Below, one piece after another: positions 25,973 through 34,145 of a stretch of 34,145 nt of DNA. Position 1 is the first letter of the stretch. The number at the start of each line of letters is the position of its first letter. Both the position numbers and the translations under genes were made by a program. Source of the stretch: Kipferlia bialata (Eukaryota); NCBI GenBank assembly GCA_003568945.1, contig BDIP01000070.1, forward strand, positions 1 to 34,145, given 5' to 3'. The notes under the pieces are model-generated. The model saw nothing but the letters and a program-made list of their open reading frames with translations, searched no databases and was not told where the DNA came from.

Positions 25973-26387
25973 GTATGGTACATGTACATATACACACACT
26001 ATATCCACCAAGTATAAGGGGAGAGGGAGGCATACTAGAGGGGGGAAGTGGGTATATATATATATATATGTGTATAGACACTCTTCATATCTACTATATA
26101 TGTATGGAGACAGAGAGGTATCCTCTAGGGGGAAGGTATGGTACATATATGTATAAGTATATCTACATGTGTGAGTATATACACTAAATATCATTAAGCA
26201 CATGTATAGTATATATATACATACACACTATATATTGAGACAGAGAGGCATCCTCGAGGGGGAAGGTGGGTATATATGTGTGTGCGAGTATTTGTATGTG
26301 GCTACGCAATATATATCCACTATATATTTCTATATGGGGACAGAGAGGTATCCTCGAGGGGTAAGGTGGTAAATGTATTTGTTTATT

Positions 26388-26432
<45 letters not shown>

Positions 26433-26821
26433 GTAATTGTTTATATACATAAGAAGATACATAAACACTATATACTATATACATACTATATACATACTAT
26501 ATGTATGTGGAGTCAGAGTGGTATTGTCGATGAGTATATGTATATATGTATACACACCATGTATATGCTTCTGTGATGGCTTGTGGATGTATACTAAGAA
26601 TGACAGTGTGTATATGTACAGTAAGGTTATGTATACCCCTTTATTTCAGGATTGTAGAGTGGTGGTGTTTGTATATGTGTATGCATAGGTATATCTGTAT
26701 TCAGTATATATTTGTGTTCATGGTGGCCATTTGTGCCTCAAGTCTTCTCCCACCTTGTTCCGTGTGACATACGGTCTCTCATTGATATAGATAGTATATC
26801 TATACCTATTCTCACCCCCAG

Positions 26822-29321
26822 ACCCGGCCCCACACTGAAACCAAGGGTACTGAGAGGCCCCGACCCAAGGGCACTGTCAAGACCAAGGGCCCCCAGGAGA
26901 AGGTATGTAGGCATCTCTGTCTATATACACCCTCTGCTACTGTCTCTCTGTTACACTGTGTCTCTCTCTCTGTAATACCTATCTCACCCCAGAGACGGCC
27001 AGCTACAACAAGAGAGAGAGAGAACGGACAGAGTCCCTCTTGGAAGAAGGAGGTGATGACATACACATGTATTTCTTGTATTGCTGCTCGGTATTGCTTC
27101 TTGGTATTATCCCGGTGAAGTGTTTCTTGGATATAGTATTGTATATATATATATATGTATACACACATATATATATATACATACTGCGTACTTTCACCCA
27201 TCTTCTTTGACGTGCCTCACCCTAGCCCCAGAACAGGACTGACACTCTCCGCAGCATGACCCACGTGACAGGTGCATATGTCAAGACGATCACCAAGGTG
27301 GGGGTGGTGGGGACTGTTTCTATGTATATATTTGCATGTATATTAGTGACTGACTGGGTTTGTCAAGGTGCTCCCCTCTGACCCTAGGAACCGGCGCCTG
27401 GTAGGACGGAACTCCTAAAGGTGTTGTACCCACAGGCCGGAGGTGTGTATAGCCAAGTGTTCTTGATATATATCACATCTTAGGATGTATTCATCCTCAT
27501 GCTCTTCGTATCGAGTGCTGCTGTACCCTTCAATCTCATCTACATACACCCTACCTCTGATTGCAATGTACAGTGTCTGACTCCAGCTGATCTGAGTCTG
27601 CTGTCTGTCTATGTAGCGGACCTTTACCGGGGTATCGAGCGTCCTGACCTCTCGGCAAAGACTGACGTCCTCAAGGTATGAAGTTTTATGTATATTATAT
27701 ATGCATTGTAGACCATGTTATCAGTCTCTGATACAGCAGACATTGAGGTGGGAGATTGGACAGGATGTGTGGTTATTGGCTATATCTGATGCACCCTCAT
27801 CACAGGAACAGATGGAGGCAATCACTGTGGCCCAAGAGAGTCTCAGACACATATCTCTCACGGGACTGTACATTCAGAAAGAGGTATCGGTTTTAGTTTC
27901 ACTATTGTACTATATACTAGTGTTTATATATATGAGTGTATACGTTCATGCCAATATTTTGACAGATTCTGACACACCGACAAGATGGATTAGTGTTAAC
28001 AGCACTTGTATGTATATGTATATGTGTATACCTTAGAAATCATTAATTGATACTGAGAGATAGATACTTGTATCAGTATTGACATTCCATGTTTCTATGT
28101 AACGGGTACTGCGCAGATTCATTCTAGAGAGTGACAGTCCCACATACCCAGTAATTGTGTGATATGCTATTTATTGCCCTCTCCTATTCTCACCCAGTGT
28201 AAGGATGCCAGTTTTTGGAACGGCACAGTAGGGGCTCCGGTGAAGAGGTACAGCTATACTCCTACTTGTGTTCATTGTATTGTTTCGAATGTTCCACCTT
28301 TGCATTGTATTCTGATATTATCACAACCACTATACCAATGTACTGATGCACTTATGTATAGATATTATGATACATGTATCATGTCACCTGATCCCAGTTT
28401 CAAGGATGAGGTTGTGTCCAGGGTGGAGGAACTGAAGAGGGTGGTGGCAGAGGGGCAGAGACAGCTCGAGGTGAGGACTGGGATGGGTATATGGAGAAAT
28501 TGTCGTTTGGATATTGTATTATTAGGATACGTAGCTGTTATACTGGCAATATGCACACATATCTGTGTTTTGGGTATTAATTCTATCGAGTATGGTGTCC
28601 ATTTGACTGATATTCAGGAGATCCGTGTCTACAGTGAGGGAGTCCTTACCATGAACGCACTCCTAGAGACCTACGAGGCCACCGACAAGTCTGAGCAGGT
28701 ATTAGCAGTGTAGTGTAGTATAGTACTCAGTATAGGCAGTGAACGGGTGGTGAGTATTCTATATGTGTGCCTAGCCCTAACCACAGGAACACATCTCAGC
28801 CCTTCTGGAGGCCTCAGATCCAGAGATCGTGGGGGGTGTCGACGAGGTGTGTTCATTCGACCTCTCTCTTATGTGACTGTAGTATACTATCATGTACTTC
28901 ACACTTTACTCATGTTCAGGTCGTTGATCGTCTCGTCAAGAGTGTTGCCCCAACTCTAACTAGACTGACAGAGGTCTGCACACTACTCGGTGGTACGTCC
29001 ATTCTAACATTGCCTGTTATATATATGTCTGCAGAACAGATCATATGTATGTCAATTATATATATGCATTCTATTCTGTGTGCCTACATGAACCTAGTTG
29101 ACCTGTGTGTCTTTGCAACCTGTGTTCTCCCCCTCACCCACCAGAGGAGGCCCTTGAACTACTCGGTCATACCAACGTCGCCCATGCCCAGAGACTGGAG
29201 GAACTCAACACAGAGTACGGTGCAGCTATGTATATACTTGTCTCACAATATACAGTGATATATCATACTGGATTTTCATCTTCACCAGCACCTAGCCCCT
29301 TGTATCAACTGGCTAAATATG

Positions 29322-29354
<33 letters not shown>

Positions 29355-31653
29355 CAATATTTATCATACATATATTGTATATTATAGTATATACACCTAA
29401 ATATTGGCATATAGTATTTACCATCTTGTATACTGCGTTTCATGTATCATCTTATATATATATTCATATATATATCATCTCATATATATCTTCTTGTGTA
29501 TATCCTCTTGTGTTTACCATCTCATATATATCACCTCATATATATCATCTTATATATATCATATTATATACATCACCTTATATATATCACCTCATTCATA
29601 TCATCTTATGTTCCCCATCTTATGGTCACCATCCTATATACACCACCCAATATACCTCACCTCATGTATACCACCCTATATACCCCACCTCATGTATACC
29701 ATCCTATATACCCCACCTTATGTACACCATCTCATACCCCCCCTTATGTCAGGAAGGAGGCGGCAGCACAACGCATCGAGGCTGCTGAGACAGCCCAGCG
29801 GCTGAGAGGTCTGTTGGATGGACACCTGGAGGACCTCGAGGCCACCACCCGGAGGCTGTTAGAGGTATGGTGGGGTGACGGTGGGTGTGATATGTAGTTA
29901 TAGGATGATAGCAACATGGATATCTATCTATATATGTAGTATAATGAATGTTACATATAGTATATACATGTCTATATGTATACGTATAGTATACAAATCA
30001 TATCTAGAACTATATCCCGTATATATGTAAATGTCACATATTCAGACATTGAGAGTGCACGTGAGTATGCATATGTCAGTCTGTGTGTGCATATCCCCCT
30101 ATCTCTGCTGATTCCAGTCGGTTGACAGTGCCCCAGGCTGGTCTGACAGGCTAGAGCTGATCAAGCAGGTATCGGCTGTTGTCCAATATCTGTTGACACT
30201 ATATTTATATATATATATATGTATATATATATACATATACATATACATATATGCAATGACTATATAGTATAGTACTGATGGGTCCCCTCATGAACCAGGC
30301 CTCCCTTGAGATGGAAGGGGGTGCCATCCACAGGGTACTGGGCCACATCAAGGACACCGCTGGGCAGATGGGTACGGGTATGCTTCTAGTGACTATGTAA
30401 GTACATACAATGCATGACCGTTTGACCCCAGGCGAGGTGTCCCCTGATCCCGAGGCCACGGCCACTGACATAGTACGGCAGTTTGCGGACTCTCTCGCAG
30501 ACAGGTACCCACAATACTCCTACATAAGTTGACCTGTACTGTTACTCTGTGGATATTCAGACAGAGAAGATATTCCATATTGTGTAAGACTCTGCCCACA
30601 GTTATATATATATACTCCGCATACAATCACATTTATACATATATACCACTATATCTATCTCATTATTACCTTCCCCCACCCCATAGGAAGGGAGAGGCTC
30701 AGAGAGAGAGAGAGGCAGAGGCAGAGAGAGAGGCAGAGGCAAAGAAGCAGGCAGCAGAAGAGAGGCGTGCTAAGGCGAAGAGGGACAGGCTTGATAGACA
30801 CGTCGCAAAGGTATCAGTATCAGTATCAGTATTAGTATCATACTGATAGACACGTGTGAAAGGTGGGCAGGGTGGTGTATATCACATATACCATGCCGTA
30901 TCTCCCCTCTTGCCGTCTCTCACCCTTCAGACCACTGCCTGGTGTGATAGCACCATGGGCTTTCTCAACAAGGCAGAGGAGTGCCACCAGGACTACCACG
31001 TCACCAGAGACAGCGGGAGGGAGGTGTCTGGGTTCCATGCCGCCATCGCCGACATTGACACCCTGGCCCAGGTACCTGTTGTATCAGTATCAGTATCAGT
31101 ACACATAGTGAGTACATGCTAGTGTGACCTGATGTGGCCAACGTATCAGTATCACTATCAGTATTGACACCCTGGCCCAGGTACCTGCTTCATGATATAT
31201 ATATATATATATATTTATATATAACCGACCGAACTCATCTCTCTAGGAAGGGACTGAGCTCAAGGCCGGGGCCACCCAGATTGACCAGTGGCTCCAGCAG
31301 GATGGCTCTGAGGAGCTCGACAGAGAGGGCTCTGCACAGACAGAGGTGCGGCCCCGTCTAACCTACGCGATAGTCTAAATCTGCTCTTGTTATAGTGTAA
31401 TGCTATGTCGTCATTATAATGCCAGTGGTCAGTCCGAGACATACTTGGGTGCTACGGGGATGCCTGTGATCGGCTGAGGTCTAGACATGACGAGCTGACC
31501 ATCACACTCCAGGCCCTCATGGAGTCCTTCTCTAAGGTGAGTGGTTGGTTGGTCTCTCACTACACTGTCTGACTACCACACTATTGTTCTGGTACACTCC
31601 ACACACATATACATGTATATGGCTATTAATAATCATATGGTGAATATATATAT

Positions 31654-31684
<31 letters not shown>

Positions 31685-32679
31685 CCATCTTTGCTGACAC
31701 CCAGGGCGAAAAGGCTGTCAAGGACTGTGAGGGCAGTATCGGGTCTGTAGAGGACTGGTGCCAGGTATGTATGGGACCATATACACGCTGCTCTCTCTGC
31801 CTATCCCCCATATTTCTCTTTACTCAGCACTCACATACCTGTAATCCATACCCATTTATATATATACTACATACATTCCTCGCATGCAGTTTGCTATGAC
31901 GTAATTCTCCCCTCAGGTCCATATCGCCTCGATACCTCGGAATTTTGGGGGCACTAAGGTTGTAGATGGCAAGGCCGGCCAGTATCAGAAGGCCCTCAAG
32001 ATGTGGACAGGTATCTGGTATATACGGTACCATGCTATTATTCAGTAAACTTGTCCAGGGGTGTATGTTTGGTTACTGTTTCGTTCTCTGTGTTTAGATG
32101 CAGAGTCAAGTTACAGTTCATTGAATGAACATTTCTAGTATGTCGGTACCAGTGTTTCACTCTCCCTGACCCAAGAATGTCTAGAGGAGGCCGACAGCGC
32201 TCAAGAGGCTGTTCACCCCAGAGATGACATCAGTACAGCACGGTAAGTAGTGATATGTGACAGTAATCAGAGTCAATAGTATATGTAGAGCACATATACA
32301 TGGTATATGGGCACCCACTCACCACAGGGTGTGTCGTCTCCAGGAGTACTGTACCAAGAAGATGGCTGAGTGTAAGGCTGCCCAGAGGGCACTAGAGGAC
32401 GGCACTGACCCCACCTGCAAGATACGTACACCCACAGTGCTCGCTGGGGGGTCCAGTCTACTGCGCCCACCTGCCACAGGTATTACCCATATATACCTGT
32501 CACATGCATTATATATATATATATATATACATATACACATATATATTTATATACATATATATACACACATATATATATACACAGCACCCTGTTACAGGTA
32601 TTACTCATATATACCTGTCACAGACACNNNNNNNNNNNNCACCCTGTTACAGGTATTACTCATATATACCTGTCACAGA

Positions 32680-32726
<47 letters not shown>

Positions 32727-34145
32727 CACAGCACCCTGTCACAGGTATTACTTGTCTCAGTCTCCGTATTCTCCATCCAATAATACATTGAGTTATTGCC
32801 TTCATTTTTAATGTCCTCTCTACTATGTGTATATAGTATAAAGGAGGTACTAACATACCCCATGTTCTGTACGCATGTGCGTATATATATATAGTAATTT
32901 GTGTGTGTGTAGGTATATTAGTATATATATGAGTGTGCGTGTAAATGTCCATATTATATGCTTCTCACCCCAGGCCTGGTCCTGGCCACCAACATGCGCA
33001 CAGGTACCTGCATGGGGCGTGTCAGTATCAGTATGGTGTCTGTGATGTTTGTGGTGTCAGTGATGTCAGTGGTGTCTGTGTAAGCTGACACTAAGATGAG
33101 TCTGTTATGCCTTCTTCTGTCTCATCCTCAGCGGTCTGTGCCGAGTATGGTGTCCATGGCTGTGTGTCTCCAGCGGTATCCCCCAGACAGACCAGACAGA
33201 GACCCCCAGAGAGACCGGACATCATAGCACATCAGAGCCCACAGGTCATGGTACTGACACTTATACTTATGCTGATACTACGTTGCCAGACACAACGTAC
33301 ATATCGGTCCAGTGGCTGTTGGAATTATCAACTCTCTTTGTGTGTTTAGCTGTCATACCCCTGACGTCCAGCCCCGCATATATATAGACATAGAGCCACC
33401 AGAGCCAGTGCCCGCTGCTGCCCCCCCAGGTATGTGCTGTATATGTATATATGTAAATGTATGTATATATATATATATATTTATAGTGTTTCTTTTATGA
33501 CTATAGTACTCGATACATACAATCAATATTCATATATATCTTCTTTATGGGTCTATTGTATTGGGTATGGATACCTGCTTAAATCATCATGCTATCTCTC
33601 ACCCCAGCCACGGCCCCTGCCCAGTCCAAGCAGATCGATGAGTCGAAGGACACTCCTTTGAACTTTGGGTCACTGGTAAGACGCTCTCTCTCTCTTGTCT
33701 CTCTGTTAGTGACACTCTATAGCAGAGCGTTACTGAGTATACTAGACGCTCTACAGATGTACTGTATATTTGTTGTTTCACTGGCTGCTCTCGTTACTCA
33801 CGAGTTTCAGGCTGTGGATCTGACGCATCAGGGGAGCTCATGCTCTGACCAGCCAGAGACGGAGACCTTGCCAGCAGAGCGAGAGAGAGATGCCTATGCT
33901 GGAGAGAGAGAGAGAGAGGCTATGCCTAGAGAGAGAGAGGCCAAGGCTGGAGATGCACCGGAGCAGGCCCTGGTGGCTATGGCCAAGGTGTCAGTGACCA
34001 CTCAAGCAGAGGTGGGGTCAGTGGCCCCTGGGCTGAGCAAGGTGTCTGGCCCCCGGGTGTCTCCCTCCCTCCCCAGGGACAGCATTCCTCTACATGATAT
34101 GCCCGTCAAGGGCACCCTGCCACTGACCAATCCCCCTGCACCCAT
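26822..34145 (+). CDS. Large multi-exon alpha-helical/coiled-coil protein (weakly spectrin-repeat-like) with Pro-rich low-complexity tail; runs off the window end
   Basis: Spliced exons read TRPHTETKGTERPRPKGTVKTKGPQEK (26822-26902), ADLSLLSVYVADLYRGIERPDLSAKTDVLK, FKDEVVSRVEELKRVVAEGQRQLE, KEAAAQRIEAAETAQRLRGLLDGHLEDLEATTRRLLE, TTAWCDSTMGFLNKAEE...IADIDTLAQ (30931-31071) and GEKAVKDCEGSIGSVEDWCQ. The final exon is open from 33811 to the end. Start codon not identified. Confidence 0.65.
29400..29750. repeat. Degenerate intronic minisatellite (about 14/28 bp units such as TATATACCCCACCTCATGTATACCATCC)
   Basis: Visible periodicity. It produces spurious stop-free Tyr/His/Pro/Ile ORFs in three frames and lies between gene 4 exons. 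Confidence 0.7.

Noticed and set aside
29105..29897. 227/151/133-aa overlapping ORFs
   Set aside because: Stop-free only because of a minisatellite; flanked by normal splice sites of gene 4.
1..34145. Transposase/reverse-transcriptase genes, tRNA or rRNA
   Set aside because: No recognisable motifs or folds found by eye; not tested computationally.

Overview
Eukaryotic, very intron-dense protist DNA. Short GC-rich exons (mostly 30-250 nt) sit between AT-rich GT-AG introns full of (TA)n/(CT)n/(CA)n tracts, with a CTNAC-like branch point only a few nt before the AG. The style resembles the fornicate Kipferlia (inference only). Almost all ORFs in the supplied track are intron or microsatellite noise. 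Manual splicing gives four multi-exon genes: (1) + strand, <207-9439, kelch-like blades interrupted by a long Ala/Pro-rich FG/WG-repeat tract, then a helical C-terminus; (2) - strand, 9726-12200, an Fcf2-domain pre-rRNA processing protein lacking its first exon; (3) + strand, 12355-25272, a partial CPSF160/Cft1-like beta-propeller protein; (4) + strand, about 26822->34145, a large helical protein of unknown function. The main unusual signal is a pervasive 'exon echo' architecture. Introns upstream of an exon carry copies of acceptor + exon 5' part, and introns downstream carry copies of exon 3' part + GT donor. The echoes I aligned differ from the complete exon mostly at synonymous positions. 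Genes 2 and 3 appear truncated at poly-G tracts, most likely assembly joins. Exon structures are hand-derived and lack transcript support.
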